Shown here in pieces: positions 48,358-59,426 of a DNA stretch of 64,000 nucleotides. The position numbers and the translations under genes are program-made. Under the pieces are notes generated by a model. It ran no database searches and had not been told where the DNA came from. It saw only the letters and a program-made list of their open reading frames with translations. Within the stretch, counting starts at the first letter, position 1; every line of letters begins with the position of its first letter. Source of the stretch: Bacteroidota bacterium (lineage in GTDB: Bacteria > Bacteroidota > Ignavibacteria > Kryptoniales > JAKASW01); the NCBI GenBank assembly GCA_021789975.1, contig JAJYIT010000020.1:1048-65047 (forward strand), in the 5' to 3' direction.

Positions 48358-48401
48358 AAAAAGGGGGTCCGCTCGACCAAGGTGGAACCCCTGTATTTTT
48401 T
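48358..48401. terminator. Bidirectional terminator between convergent uxaE-like and T9SS-cargo genes
   Basis: A-run (48358..48362), then stem GGGGTCC / GGAACCCC (one bulge), then a T6 run (48396..48401). Confidence 0.6.
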
Positions 48402-48416
48402 GTACCGTTGACAATC

Positions 48417-49954
48417 TTACTTCAGGAGCATGAGCTTCTTAACCGCTGTGTAGCTTCCCGCGGTCATCTTGTAGAAATAGACTCCGGTGGCAAATCGCCA
48501 ACCATCAAAGCTTACCTCATGATAGCCTGCGGACTCTTCTCCATCCACAAGCGTTGCAACTTCGCGCCCGAGAATATCATAGACTTTGATCGTGACACGG
48601 GAGTCCTTTGGAAGGTGGTAGCGAATCGCCGTCGTCGGGTTGAATGGGTTCGGATAATTCTGATAGAGCGCACAGGAAGATGGTACACCCTTTTTTCAAC
48701 CACTCCCGTTCCTATAGAATACATCTTTATCTTCAAAGTGTCATTCTCAACAAGAGCAATCGTGGGATAGCCTTCGTATGTAGTGAGAGCAACCGACGAG
48801 ATCGAGGAGGTGCTGTCCTCTTCAATAGGTCCATTTAAGTATGTACAATTCTTGCCATCCCACTCGGCAACCCATAGCCTTGGGTTGAGATTTGAATCGA
48901 CAAAGGACATGTAGAGAACCGAATCCAAAGTAGTCGCAGAAATACCGGAAAACTTCCCACTCGTGACGAAACACAACACAAGTTTCCACAACGATCCGTC
49001 CCATTCTGCAACACAGAGCGTGTCTGATTCACCTTCTGTCCAAATGGCAGTCGTTATTCCTGCCCGTAGTGCAACCTGTTCCGGGTGGGGAGAACCCGAA
49101 GAAGATGCAAGTCGGAAACCGTTGCTGCCATTGTGCTGATTGGCGCCATAGTAGAAGTAGCAGGAAACACCAGAGGAGTCATATCCCTTCTGCGCGAAAA
49201 GCCAACCGTTACAGTAAGATAGTACGACCCAACCGTTCTCGTCACCGGTGAATGCCAAACCGGGTCCAATGGGCCAATGTATGTTAGGCATCCAATACCC
49301 CGGATCTGTGACCTTCGGTCCGGAATCCCAAAATGGACTATCCACAAAATACGACGCATAGCCGGCCGGCCCACTAGCCATACCATACATTTCATAACGG
49401 CGGTTCTGCGCAATAGCTACACGAGTTCCCCACTGACCATAGAACCCTCCCATCCCGATCAGCTCCTGCGCTTGCGACGAACCCAGAGTTCCCACCATGT
49501 ACTCAGCCGTTGCCGGATTGAAGCTTGTGATTGAGCCTGCAGCAAAGAGACTATCCTTGAGTGCAATACTGGTACCATTGCAATCGGTGAAGCCGGGAAG
49601 TGAGGACCAGCCACCTCCGGATAAATTCTTAATTGCGCCTGATGGATTAGGCAAGCTTGCATTCCGCCATTGATAAAAAACAACCAAGTTGCTTTCATCT
49701 CCGGCGATTGAACATCCATACACTGGAACAGATGCAGCGGATGGAAGATTAATCCACGTCTCGGTCGATGGTTTCATTAGCCTCCGTATGTCGCTGCTTT
49801 TGATGATCCTACAAGAATCCGGCATAGTAAGATTCGTCCGACTTGCCGAGCTGCAAACAATCTGGCCCTTGGCGGTCGCGGTCCAAAACACGAACATTAC
49901 GGTAGAGATCAAGAGAAGTGCGGCTTGGATTAAATCTCTTCGCTTCATTTTCAT
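48417..49954 (-). pseudogene. Secreted W/G-rich protein of unknown function whose T9SS C-terminal sorting domain is out of frame (1-nt homopolymer frameshift)
   Basis: 480-aa ORF 48512..49954 with signal peptide MKMKRRDLIQAALLLISTVMFVFWTATAKGQ. A complete CTD is encoded just downstream in another frame: ALYQNYPNPFNPTTAIRYHLPKDSRVTIKVYDILGREVATLVDGEESAGYHEVSFDGWRFATGVYFYKMTAGSYTAVKKLMLLK, with its stop at 48417..48419. One extra A in the A6 run (T6 on the + strand, 48691..48696) joins the two frames. Confidence 0.8.
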
Positions 49955-49978
49955 GACTCACCTCGTATTCTTCAATAT

Positions 49979-50644
49979 TTAAATTGTAAAATTAGCCCCT
50001 GCAATCACAGTTCCAGTTAGGATTACTCCATACCTGAAAATGCTGTCGAGTCTGACCATAACCGGGAAAGTCACGTTCCCTGATGAGTAAACATTCTTTC
50101 CTCCTGCTGCCTCGAGTCCGACGTTGGTCTGCGTATTACCCTGTGCGTAGTAATCATCCTCATAAGCCCCGGCAAACGTTCGGGTATGACTCCATGTGAC
50201 GACGTGCAGACCAAGTCCAGCCTGGAGAAAATAACGCTGGTTTGATGGAGTATATTCGGCGAGTCCAAGGATTTGTGCGGCGCTCTCTGCATCCGTGAAG
50301 TTGTCTTTGAAAATGAGAACTCCATCCTCATCGCCCACGTCGAAGACAGAGGAATAAAGCTTCTGCCATCCAAGGTCGAAACCGAATCTCAAGGTGTGAT
50401 CGCTCGATGGATTGGTAAGGGAACCGAACAGCATTTGAAGTCCTCCGCCATAAATAAACCTATTGACCGAGTAATTGCCATAACTCCCGCCACCAACCAT
50501 TACGTATCCTAAATCGGTCGATGACGGCGGCCTGACCGAAAGTCCTAAATTGATAAAAGGTCTAATTGTTTCCTGTCCCTGTACAGCAACTGTCGATCCG
50601 AAGGCTGCTGACAAAAGCACAATTATGGAGCACAGATTCTTCAT
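49979..50644 (-). CDS. Small outer-membrane beta-barrel protein (porin-family-like)
   Basis: 221 aa. Signal peptide MKNLCSIIVLLSAAFGSTVAVQGQ. Alternating hydrophobic/G-Y-rich strands. Lies 24 nt upstream of the T9SS-cargo gene on the same strand. Confidence 0.6.
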   Translation of the reverse strand: MKNLCSIIVLLSAAFGSTVAVQGQETIRPFINLGLSVRPPSSTDLGYVMVGGGSYGNYSVNRFIYGGGLQMLFGSLTNPSSDHTLRFGFDLGWQKLYSSVFDVGDEDGVLIFKDNFTDAESAAQILGLAEYTPSNQRYFLQAGLGLHVVTWSHTRTFAGAYEDDYYAQGNTQTNVGLEAAGGKNVYSSGNVTFPVMVRLDSIFRYGVILTGTVIAGANFTI

Positions 50645-51161
50645 GGAATGATCGTCCCTTGCTAAGTTTATGGTTAGGTGAACGTGCTAACTCTATTACC
50701 TCGCCACAACAGAGCGGAATTAGATAGGGCATACTGCTATACCCAATTCATCAGAAGCTCGATGTAAGCGTTAAGATTTCTTAGATTTTAGCCTTAGCGG
50801 GAAGAACAATCAGTTCGGAATGTTTTGCAGGCGAAACGTCCCCTTGGTGCTTCATCACATGACTCCTTTTTACGTCGATCTTTCCATTCAAGAAAGTTCA
50901 ATCATAACAAAGAAAATCTCGTGCTTCCTTTACCACGAATTCACTTGCCCAGTGCACGAATCGTCCGGGTGTAACATTTCCGGAGATAAAAGTCAAGCTG
51001 ACCGAGCTTTCACTAACATGCTATTCCATCTTATGCTTTGCGCGGTACCGCCAAAGTCTGCCGATAGGCAAGTTTGCGCTTTTTCTCTTTGCATGCCGAT
51101 TTTCCAGCCAGTGTTCTAACCTCGCCTCAGATTCTGTTTCTTTACATTCAGCCCTCATAAA

Positions 51162-51216
51162 TATTTTAGGCAATACCTAAAATAATTGTTGACATTTCCC
51201 CAATAATTCTTAGATT
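51162..51216 (+). promoter_or_regulatory. Palindrome TATTTTAGG-CAATA-CCTAAAATA abutting a TTGACA-16-TAGATT promoter upstream of gltB
   Basis: 9-bp perfect arms (51162..51170 and 51176..51184). TTGACA at 51189..51194 and TAGATT at 51211..51216. Confidence 0.35.
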
Positions 51217-51363
51217 ACTTAAGAAGTTTCAAATTCCGGAGGCTTAACTTTATTAAGTAAAGAGCCGGATCGGCAACTTCCGGAGATTTTTGACTCCGTT
51301 GTATGGTTATATTTCTAAAGGAAGACTAGATGGCAGGTGAAATATCAGAGGAGTAATCGTGAT

Positions 51364-54300
51364 ATGAACGCACCCGGTGATGGAATGGAAAATGGCGGCC
51401 AGGTAGATCAGGCCATGAAACGCGGAATGTATGATCCTTCATTCGAGCACGATGCGTGCGGAATGGGATTCGTCGCAGACGTTAAGGGTCGGAAATCACG
51501 TTCCATCATAGACAAGGGGCTCGACATTCTCAAGAACCTCCAACATCGTGGTGCAGTGGGCGCGGACCCTGAAACCGGCGACGGCTCCGGCATCCTTATT
51601 CAAATGCCTGATGAATTTATTCGAAAGGCAGCTGCCGAGAAGAAAATAAAACTTCCCTCAGAGGGAAAGTACGGAGTCGGTGTGATGTTCCTTCCGCAGG
51701 ACCCGATCAGAAGAAAGGCCGCGGAGAACATCGTCGAGAAGATTGTAATAGATGAAGGACAGAAGTTCCTGGGTTGGAGAGATGTACCTGTCGATCCGAC
51801 TGTACCGGGAAAGGGTGCAAGGGCAACCCAACCCTTCATCAGACAGTGTTTCATCGGTGCTTCGAAAGCAATCGCGAACCAGGATGAGTTTGAGAGAAAG
51901 TTATACACGATCAGGAGAATGATCGACCACCGCGTCCGGGCTGAGCTCGACTGTGACAGAAGTGAATACTACGTGCCATCATTCTCAAGCAGGACTCTCG
52001 TGTATAAAGGAATGCTCCTTGCTCCTCAACTGACGGCGTTCTATAAGGATCTTAATGATAAAGACATGAAGTCAGCGATGACGATGCTCCATCTCCGGTT
52101 TTCCACCAACACTTTCCCGACCTGGGACCTGGCGCATCCTTTCAGAATGATCGCTCATAATGGCGAGATCAATACATTGCGAGGCAATAAGAACTGGATG
52201 ACTGCGCGAGAACATGTGATGGAGTCGCCGTACTTCGGTAAGGACCTCAAGAGGATGCTCCCGATCATCATGGACGGACAGAGCGACTCTGCGACATTCG
52301 ATTCCGTGCTTGAACTTCTCGTCATGAGCGGCCGAAGTGTGCCTCATGCTATGATGATGATGATTCCCGAAGCGTGGTCGAAGAACGATCTGATGGATCC
52401 GGAAAGAAAGGCTTTTTATGAATTTCACGCGACCATGATGGAACCCTGGGACGGTCCGGCGGCAGTAGTGTTTACAGACGGCAATATTATCGGTGCGACG
52501 CTCGACCGGAACGGCCTTCGTCCGTCAAGATATGTCGTTACGAAAGACGGCCTCGTCGTCCTCACTTCCGAAGCAGGGACATTCAGCGTCGATGCCGAGA
52601 ATGTGGCGAGAAAAGGAAAGCTTCAACCTGGTCGTATGTTCATCCTCGACCTGAAGCAAGGTCGAATTATCGAGGATGAAGAAGTCAAGAAAGAAATTGT
52701 CACCCGGAAGCCTTATCGGAAGTGGGTGAACGACAACATGATAAACCTTTCGCACCTGCCGACTCCCGATCAGATTTACAATGCGGATTTCGAGACTCTC
52801 CACATGCGCCAGCGCATTTTCGGTTATACCAAGGAGGACCTGGAAAAGGTTATCCTTCCGATGGCCGCGAAAGGTGAAGAAGCAGTTGGCTCGATGGGAA
52901 CCGATGCTGCCCTCGCAGTGCTTTCGGAGCGGCCGCAGATGCTCTTCAGGTATTTCAAGCAATTGTTCGCGCAGGTCACCAACCCGCCAATCGACTCGAT
53001 CAGGGAAGAGCTGGTCATGGAGTTGACTACGTACGTCGGCCCTGAACAAAACCTTCTTGCTGAAACGCCGCTGCATGCTCACCGTCTCGAGCTTGAGCAT
53101 CCACTTCTTTCCAATTCCCAGATGGAAAAGATCAGGAATATCGCAAAGGGTCATTTCAAATCGATCACCATTCCGCTCCTTTTCAACCCGAGTGTTCGGC
53201 ACAACATGCGCGAACGAATGGACCAGATATGCAATGAAGCCGTCGAGGCAGTGAAGTCCGGCATCTCGTTGATAATCCTTTCGGACAAAGGCGTCGATCA
53301 GAATCTTGCAGCAATCCCGAGTCTGCTTGCCACATCGGGTGTTCACCATGCACTTCTCAAGGCGGGATTGAGGACTAAGACAGGGATCGTAGTCGAGAGC
53401 GGAGAACCGCGTGAAGTTCACCACTTTGCTCTCCTTTGCGGTTACGGCGCGAACGCGATAAATCCCTACGTTGCCTACGAAACACTTGCTTTCCTTACCG
53501 AGAAGAATTTTCTTCCCGGCATAAACGATTACAAGACCGCCAAAAAGAACTATGTCAAGGCGGTAAGCAAGGGCCTCTTCAAGATATTCAGTAAGATGGG
53601 AATCAGTACGCTGCAGTCCTACTGCGGTGCGCAGATATTCGAAGCTGTAGGCCTCGACGGCGAGATTGTGGAGAATTATTTCACCGGGACGCCGACGAAG
53701 ATCGAAGGGTTGAGCCTCGAGATGCTGGAAGAGGAAACTATCAGGCGGCACCGCTATGCGCTTGACCCGCAAGTTGACCAGAGTATCCTCGATGCCGGCG
53801 GACTGTACCACTATAGAAGAGACGGCGAACAGCACCTCTGGAATCCTCTCACTATCTCGAAGCTGCAACTAAGCACGAGCAGAGGTGATTACAAAACTTT
53901 CAAAGAATATACTCATCTGATAAACGACCAATCTCGGAAAAGAGTAACACTGAGAAGCCTGTACCAGCTCGATACCAACGGGTCTGCGATACCGGTTGAA
54001 GAGGTGGAGCCTGCAAAGGAAATAGTCAAGAGATTTGCGACAGGTGCAATGAGCTTCGGTTCCATTTCCCGCGAAGCGCATACGTCACTGGCGATTGCCA
54101 TGAACAGACTCGGTGGGAAATCCAATACCGGGGAAGGCGGCGAAGAATCCGACCGGTTCAAGCGGCTTCCTGACGGCGACAGCATGCGGTCTGCAATAAA
54201 GCAGGTAGCTTCGGCGAGGTTTGGCGTGACGGCCGAATACCTGGTAAACGCTGATGAACTCCAGATTAAGATGGCACAGGGCGCTAAACCCGGAGAAGGC

Positions 54301-55959
54301 GGGCAGCTACCTGGTTACAAAGTCGATAAGATCATCGCAAGAGTACGGCACAGCATTCCGGGAGTGACACTCATCAGCCCGCCGCCTCACCATGATATCT
54401 ATTCTATCGAGGATCTGAAGCAGCTAATTTTTGATTTGAAGAATATTAATCCACAGGCGCGAATAAGCGTGAAACTGGTCTCAGAATCGGGCGTGGGTAC
54501 GATTGCTGCCGGGGTTGCCAAGGCGCATGCCGACCATATCCTGATCTGCGGTCACGATGGCGGCACAGGTGCAAGCCCGATCGCATCGATCCAGTATGCT
54601 GGTACGCCGTGGGAGCTCGGCCTGAGCGACGCGCACCAGACTCTCATGCTTAACGGATTGAGGGATCGCGTGTACCTTGCGGTCGATGGACAGCTAAAAA
54701 CAGGCCGCGACGTTGTTATCGCGGCCTTGCTCGGCGCCGAGGAGTTCGGGTTTGCAACAGCCCCGCTGGTGACTCAGGGCTGCATTATGATGAGGAAGTG
54801 TCATCTTAACACTTGCCCGACGGGTGTGGCGACACAGGATCCAGAACTGAGAAAGAAATTCATCGGTAAGCCTGAGTATGTGGTCAACTTCATGTTCTAC
54901 ATCGCCGAAGAAGTAAGAGAGCTGATGGCCGCCCTCGGATTCCGGACTATCAATGAGATGATCGGTAAGACCGAGAAGATTATTCCGATCAGGCCGAATG
55001 AGCACTGGAAGGCGCGCGGACTCGACCTCACGAAGCCTCTGTTCAAGGCGACTCCGCTCCATGAGACGAACTCTTATCGGACTCGGGCTCAGAACCACGA
55101 GCTTGAGAACCAGCTTGATTACGAGTTTATCGAACTGGCAAAGCTGGCACTCGATGATGGTACACCTGTCCATATTAAGAGAAGAATTCGAAATGTCAAT
55201 CGCACGGTGGGTGCAATGCTTTCCGGCGAGATTGCGAAGAAGTATGGAGAAGAAGGTCTGCCGGACGGTACAGTCAAAATAGAGCTGAGGGGAACTGCCG
55301 GACAAAGCTTCGGAGCTTTCCTTGCGAGAGGGGTCGAGCTCGATCTTACAGGCGAATCTAATGACTACACGGGGAAGGGAATCTCCGGTGGTAGATTGAT
55401 CGTCAAAGTCCCTCCTGAAGTCACGTTCGATCCATCTGAGAACATAATCGTCGGGAACACCTGCCTCTACGGTGCAACGAGCGGAGAGGTCTATATTAAC
55501 GGCGTCGCAGGCGAGAGGTTCGCCGTTCGCAATTCCGGCGCTTACGCTGTCATCGAAGGAGTGGGAGATCATGGATGTGAGTACATGACCGGTGGGAGAG
55601 TGGCGGTTCTCGGTAGGATCGGACGAAATTTCGCCGCTGGAATGTCCGGAGGAATCGCTTACGTATGGGATCCCAACAAGGTGGCTGAAAAGTACATCAA
55701 CCAAGGCATGGTGGCGGTGGAATATCTGATATTCGAAGAGGACATCGCGGAGCTTCACTCCATGATCCTGCGGCATTTCGAATTTACCGGTTCGAAGAGG
55801 GCGCAATATATCCTGAACAATTGGAGCACTGAGAGAGACAATTTCTGGAAGATTATTCCCGAAGAATACAGAAAGGCCTTGGCGCAGATGTCGAGAGAAA
55901 AAGAAGCCGTGGTCAGTCAAGTAAGCGCACCTGCGGAAGGAGTAGCCGTCAATGGGTAA
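51364..55959 (+). CDS. gltB: Glutamate synthase large subunit
   Basis: About 1530 aa. Amidotransferase N-terminus [14 protein letters not shown] and Fe-S regions ([42 protein letters not shown]) and a GXGXG C-terminal domain. ATG 51364 (GGAG 9 nt upstream) preferred over GTG 51337. Confidence 0.95.
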   Translation: MNAPGDGMENGGQVDQAMKRGMYDPSFEHDACGMGFVADVKGRKSRSIIDKGLDILKNLQHRGAVGADPETGDGSGILIQMPDEFIRKAAAEKKIKLPSEGKYGVGVMFLPQDPIRRKAAENIVEKIVIDEGQKFLGWRDVPVDPTVPGKGARATQPFIRQCFIGASKAIANQDEFERKLYTIRRMIDHRVRAELDCDRSEYYVPSFSSRTLVYKGMLLAPQLTAFYKDLNDKDMKSAMTMLHLRFSTNTFPTWDLAHPFRMIAHNGEINTLRGNKNWMTAREHVMESPYFGKDLKRMLPIIMDGQSDSATFDSVLELLVMSGRSVPHAMMMMIPEAWSKNDLMDPERKAFYEFHATMMEPWDGPAAVVFTDGNIIGATLDRNGLRPSRYVVTKDGLVVLTSEAGTFSVDAENVARKGKLQPGRMFILDLKQGRIIEDEEVKKEIVTRKPYRKWVNDNMINLSHLPTPDQIYNADFETLHMRQRIFGYTKEDLEKVILPMAAKGEEAVGSMGTDAALAVLSERPQMLFRYFKQLFAQVTNPPIDSIREELVMELTTYVGPEQNLLAETPLHAHRLELEHPLLSNSQMEKIRNIAKGHFKSITIPLLFNPSVRHNMRERMDQICNEAVEAVKSGISLIILSDKGVDQNLAAIPSLLATSGVHHALLKAGLRTKTGIVVESGEPREVHHFALLCGYGANAINPYVAYETLAFLTEKNFLPGINDYKTAKKNYVKAVSKGLFKIFSKMGISTLQSYCGAQIFEAVGLDGEIVENYFTGTPTKIEGLSLEMLEEETIRRHRYALDPQVDQSILDAGGLYHYRRDGEQHLWNPLTISKLQLSTSRGDYKTFKEYTHLINDQSRKRVTLRSLYQLDTNGSAIPVEEVEPAKEIVKRFATGAMSFGSISREAHTSLAIAMNRLGGKSNTGEGGEESDRFKRLPDGDSMRSAIKQVASARFGVTAEYLVNADELQIKMAQGAKPGEGGQLPGYKVDKIIARVRHSIPGVTLISPPPHHDIYSIEDLKQLIFDLKNINPQARISVKLVSESGVGTIAAGVAKAHADHILICGHDGGTGASPIASIQYAGTPWELGLSDAHQTLMLNGLRDRVYLAVDGQLKTGRDVVIAALLGAEEFGFATAPLVTQGCIMMRKCHLNTCPTGVATQDPELRKKFIGKPEYVVNFMFYIAEEVRELMAALGFRTINEMIGKTEKIIPIRPNEHWKARGLDLTKPLFKATPLHETNSYRTRAQNHELENQLDYEFIELAKLALDDGTPVHIKRRIRNVNRTVGAMLSGEIAKKYGEEGLPDGTVKIELRGTAGQSFGAFLARGVELDLTGESNDYTGKGISGGRLIVKVPPEVTFDPSENIIVGNTCLYGATSGEVYINGVAGERFAVRNSGAYAVIEGVGDHGCEYMTGGRVAVLGRIGRNFAAGMSGGIAYVWDPNKVAEKYINQGMVAVEYLIFEEDIAELHSMILRHFEFTGSKRAQYILNNWSTERDNFWKIIPEEYRKALAQMSREKEAVVSQVSAPAEGVAVNG

Positions 55960-57412
55960 ACCGACAGGTTTCATGGAATACAAAAGGGCTAACCTGGAGC
56001 ATCAGCCTCCGGAAGCTCGTCTAAAGAATTTCAAGGAATTCGAGAAGAGGTTCCACAGCGCAGACGCTAAGGTGCAGGCGGCGCGATGCATGGACTGTGG
56101 CATACCATTCTGCCACGGTGACACGGGGTGTCCGGTCCAGAACTACATCCCGGAGTGGAATGATCTGATCTACAAAGGCCACTGGCGTGAAGCTCTCGAT
56201 AATCTCCTTTCAACCAACAACTTCCCGGAATTTACGGGAAGGTTGTGTCCTGCACCCTGCGAGTCGGCATGTACTCTTGGAATTAACGAAGAGCCGGTCG
56301 CAATCAAAGCCATCGAGCGTACCATCATAGATAAAGGATGGGAAGAAGACTGGGTTGTGCCACGCTTGCCCTACGTGATCAGCGGCAAAAAGGTGGCTGT
56401 GGTCGGCTCCGGGCCTTCAGGACTTGCTGCCGCACAACAGCTTTGCCGGGCCGGTCATCTGGTCACTGTGTTCGAAAAGAACGACAGGATCGGCGGACTT
56501 CTGAGATATGGAATTCCCGACTTCAAGATGGAAAAGAAAGTCATTGATCGCCGGTTGGAGCAGATGACAATTGAAGGGGTCGAATTCAAAACCGGCGTGA
56601 ACGTGGGAGTCGATGTCCCGGCAATGAGGCTGGTGGAAGACTACGATGCCGTGATACTTGCCGGCGGGGCAGAGAAGCCTCGTGACATTGCGATACCCGG
56701 AAGAGATATCAAAGGGATTTACTTTGCAATGGAGTTCTTACCTCAACAAAACCGTGTCAATGCAGGTGATGCTGTGAAGGATCAGATTACAGCAGCGGGC
56801 AAAGATGTCGTGATTATCGGTGGTGGTGACACAGGTTCAGATTGCGTCGGCACTTCGAACAGACAGGGTGCAAAGTCGATTACTCAGCTTGAAGTGCTGC
56901 CGATGCCTCCGAACAATAGACCGGAGAGTACGCCATGGCCTTACTGGCCGCTGATCCTGCGAACTTCATCGAGCCATGAGGAAGGTGTCGAGCGAAAGTG
57001 GAGTGTGAACACAAAGTCATTCATCGGAAATGAAAAAGGCGAGGTCACTGCTCTGCAGTGCATCCAGGTGAAATTCGAAAATGGAAAAATCATCGATATT
57101 CCCGGAACGGAGTTCGATCTCAAAGCGGACCTGGTTCTGATAGCAGCAGGGTTCCTTCATCCCGTCCATGAAGGAATGCTCAATGAGCTGAAAGAGGCGG
57201 GACTCGAACTCGACCAGCGGGGGAATGTGAAAGCAGAATTTGGTGAATCAGAAACGGCCCATGCTACCAGTCTTAAAAAAATATTTGCATGTGGCGACAT
57301 GCGACGCGGACAGTCACTTGTGGTATGGGCGATCACGGAAGGTAGGAAGTGTGCCGCGGCGGTGCATAGCTATCTGACTCAGGAAGTTGCGGTGGAGGAA
57401 AACGTAGAATAA
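55952..57412 (+). CDS. gltD: Glutamate synthase small subunit (NADPH)
   Basis: 486 aa. Fe-S cysteine clusters ([18 protein letters not shown]). FAD/NAD folds [14 protein letters not shown] and [13 protein letters not shown]. Overlaps gltB by 8 nt. Confidence 0.95.
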   Translation: MGKPTGFMEYKRANLEHQPPEARLKNFKEFEKRFHSADAKVQAARCMDCGIPFCHGDTGCPVQNYIPEWNDLIYKGHWREALDNLLSTNNFPEFTGRLCPAPCESACTLGINEEPVAIKAIERTIIDKGWEEDWVVPRLPYVISGKKVAVVGSGPSGLAAAQQLCRAGHLVTVFEKNDRIGGLLRYGIPDFKMEKKVIDRRLEQMTIEGVEFKTGVNVGVDVPAMRLVEDYDAVILAGGAEKPRDIAIPGRDIKGIYFAMEFLPQQNRVNAGDAVKDQITAAGKDVVIIGGGDTGSDCVGTSNRQGAKSITQLEVLPMPPNNRPESTPWPYWPLILRTSSSHEEGVERKWSVNTKSFIGNEKGEVTALQCIQVKFENGKIIDIPGTEFDLKADLVLIAAGFLHPVHEGMLNELKEAGLELDQRGNVKAEFGESETAHATSLKKIFACGDMRRGQSLVVWAITEGRKCAAAVHSYLTQEVAVEENVE

Positions 57413-57421
57413 GAATGGAAT

Positions 57422-57787
57422 CTATGATTTCGAAAGGCCGTGGCTGCCCAGATCTAAATGAACGGCGATAGCACGTTCAAGTTCTAGAACCTTCTTATCC
57501 GAAAGAAAGCCAATCAACTCCGTCAACCTGTGTTTATCGATTGTACGAATTTGATTTGCCTTAGCCTTTGAATCATATTTCAAACCGCCTTCACCGGATA
57601 GAATTGAAATTTCAAAGGGATAAATGGTCCCGGTTGAGGAAGTAATGGGAACAACCGTGACTATATCTGAGTATTCGTTGTTGGTGTTATTTAAGACTAG
57701 TACGGCCGGCCGTGTCTTTTTGATCTCGCTTCCCATTGTTGGATCCAGTTGTACTATCCAGATATCACCCCGTTTTGGCGTCTGCAT
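57422..57787 (-). CDS. mazF: Type II toxin, PemK/MazF family endoribonuclease
   Basis: 121 aa. PKRGDIWIVQLDPTMGSEIKKTRPAVLV and VVPITSS motifs. Confidence 0.88.
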   Translation of the reverse strand: MQTPKRGDIWIVQLDPTMGSEIKKTRPAVLVLNNTNNEYSDIVTVVPITSSTGTIYPFEISILSGEGGLKYDSKAKANQIRTIDKHRLTELIGFLSDKKVLELERAIAVHLDLGSHGLSKS

Positions 57788-58009
57788 TTATTTCCAATTT
57801 TCCAATGTAGCAGACTCCCACTGTCCATTGACAGCATTGTCTTCCTCCCTCTCTCTCTTATATGCTTCAGCGAGTTTTCTCCTGATATCCTCTCCGGTAT
57901 CCCGTCTGATTCTGTCAATTAATGCCTCTGCGACGTATACGCTTTTGTTTGATTTTTTTTCGAGAAATTCGGCTAATTCATCTGATAACGTGATGTCTAT
58001 TCGCTTCAT
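57788..58009 (-). CDS. Cognate antitoxin (ribbon-helix-helix-like)
   Basis: 73 aa. MKRIDITLSDELAEFLEKKS... Its stop abuts the mazF start (TAAATG). Confidence 0.7.
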   Translation of the reverse strand: MKRIDITLSDELAEFLEKKSNKSVYVAEALIDRIRRDTGEDIRRKLAEAYKREREEDNAVNGQWESATLENWK

Positions 58010-58157
58010 TCACACTCACCTCCAAACGAAGTATAAATAAACTTTCACACACACTCAAGTCTCAACCAGTATGCCTGACAGGAGACTCGTTTATGCTGAT
58101 CGCCTCAATTGATCCATGACAGACATTTGGATTTTCGCAATTGATGAGAGGCCACCC

Positions 58158-58991
58158 CTAACCAACTCTTTTCCAGATTTCGATCCCGTACCTTACCTCT
58201 TCTAAGCACAGCCCCTTTGCAGGTGCGGACATCGATGCCCGCGTTCTATCTTCGGAGCCGACAATTCGTCGAAAATCTTCATCCGATATTTTTCCCCGTC
58301 CGACATCGACCATGGTGCCGACGATCGCGCGTACCATACCGTGGAGGAAACGATTTGCCTCGATGGAGAAAGAGAGAATGGGCGAGACAGGGAATCGCGG
58401 AACTGGCGACGATCCACCTCCGCTATTTATCTCCGGTTCGCCGTCCCTCCCACTCGCTGGTTCTTCTTCTCTCCATTCTGCTCTGAACACATCACAAACA
58501 AATTTTTCTATCTCGGCAGCGTGACTGGTGAAAGCCTTGAAGCTTTTCTTTCCGACCAGTGCTGTCGCTGCCTCGTTCATCTTGCCCACGGACAATTCAT
58601 GAGGAAAGAAAGCTGCACTAGTGCGAATGAGCGGTGATTTACGTGAGATAATTTTGTAGGAATAATGCCTTGCGATTGCGCTAAACCGTGAGTCGAAGTC
58701 GTGGGGTACCTCTGCGGCGTCCCGTACCGCGATGTCTTCCGGCAGATTGCCGTTTAAAGCATAGACTAATTTGCCCGGCTCCCAGGAGCAGCCCGTCTTG
58801 AAATTTGCGACCTGTCCTCGTGCATGCACTCCCGCATCGGTTCTTCCCGACCCGGTGATCTTTACTTCTTCCTGAAGCAGCCTGGAAAGAATCTTCTCGA
58901 TTACTTCCTGAACAGTGTTACTGTTCTTCTGACGCTGCCAGCCCCCGTAGGCTGTACCATCATACTCGATCAGGAGAGCGATGTTGCGCAT
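58158..58991 (-). CDS. truA: tRNA pseudouridine(38-40) synthase
   Basis: 277 aa. IALLIEYDGTAYGGWQRQ, catalytic GSGRTDAGVHA, FLHGMVRAIVG. Contains an extra low-complexity segment (see findings). Confidence 0.92.
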   Translation of the reverse strand: MRNIALLIEYDGTAYGGWQRQKNSNTVQEVIEKILSRLLQEEVKITGSGRTDAGVHARGQVANFKTGCSWEPGKLVYALNGNLPEDIAVRDAAEVPHDFDSRFSAIARHYSYKIISRKSPLIRTSAAFFPHELSVGKMNEAATALVGKKSFKAFTSHAAEIEKFVCDVFRAEWREEEPASGRDGEPEINSGGGSSPVPRFPVSPILSFSIEANRFLHGMVRAIVGTMVDVGRGKISDEDFRRIVGSEDRTRASMSAPAKGLCLEEVRYGIEIWKRVG

Positions 58992-59005
58992 AGAGGGGGG
59001 AATGT

Positions 59006-59034
59006 GGGACCTTGGGACTCTGGGGACGAGGGAC
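59006..59034 (+). repeat. Four tandem GGGAC pentamers (spacing 8, 9, 7 nt) between the four-helix-bundle gene and truA
   Basis: GGGAC at 59006, 59014, 59023 and 59030. The inverted copies (GTCCC) lie at 59506 and 59522, with the variant GTCTC at 59482, on the other side of the gene. Confidence 0.6.
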
Positions 59035-59054
59035 TGACAGATGTCCGAGCAGAA

Positions 59055-59426
59055 TCACACGGACCAGCTTTCAGGTTGATTCGACATTGTTACTAATCTC
59101 CCGATGACTCGGTTGTATTTCGCTTTGATCTCGGTAATCAATTCTCGGCGGGCGTAGCCGCAACTTGCCGCAAACTCAAGCCAGGTCTGAGTTTCTGCAG
59201 CTTCTGCCTCTGCATCGTTTAGCTTTGAGACGAACGATTTTGCGTATCGGCGCTTCCGAAAGGCTTCGGCGATGTTAGCACAGACAGACCTTGATGACCT
59301 TCGCATTTGGTCCGTCATAGAGTATCTTTCCTCCGATGGAAAAGCCTTGGTTATCTCAAGTATCTGCATCGCCGAATCGAATCCTTCTTTGAAGACTTCC
59401 AAGTCCTCGTGCGATCTGATTTTCAT
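59055..59426 (-). CDS. Four-helix-bundle protein (23S rRNA intervening-sequence protein family)
   Basis: 123 aa. LEVFKEGFDSAMQILEITKAFPSEERYSMTDQMRRSSRSVCANIAEAF...AEAEAAETQTWLEFA is the characteristic family pattern. Confidence 0.88.
   Translation of the reverse strand: MKIRSHEDLEVFKEGFDSAMQILEITKAFPSEERYSMTDQMRRSSRSVCANIAEAFRKRRYAKSFVSKLNDAEAEAAETQTWLEFAASCGYARRELITEIKAKYNRVIGRLVTMSNQPESWSV

Noticed and set aside
50820-51119. 99-aa + strand ORF in the gltB upstream region.
   Set aside because: No RBS, an odd Cys/His/Phe-rich composition, and no recognisable motif. It lies in what looks like a regulatory or decayed spacer.
52525-55983. Two very long antisense ORFs (447 aa at 52525..53868 and 429 aa at 54694..55983, - strand) inside gltB.
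   Set aside because: They fully overlap a textbook glutamate synthase gene. Their products are R/L/S-rich with no motifs. These are typical shadow ORFs on the strand opposite a long, codon-biased gene.
59055-59426. The four-helix-bundle protein as the Avd accessory gene of a diversity-generating retroelement.
   Set aside because: No reverse transcriptase ORF, no template/variable repeat pair and no C-type-lectin target gene are visible within several kb on either side.
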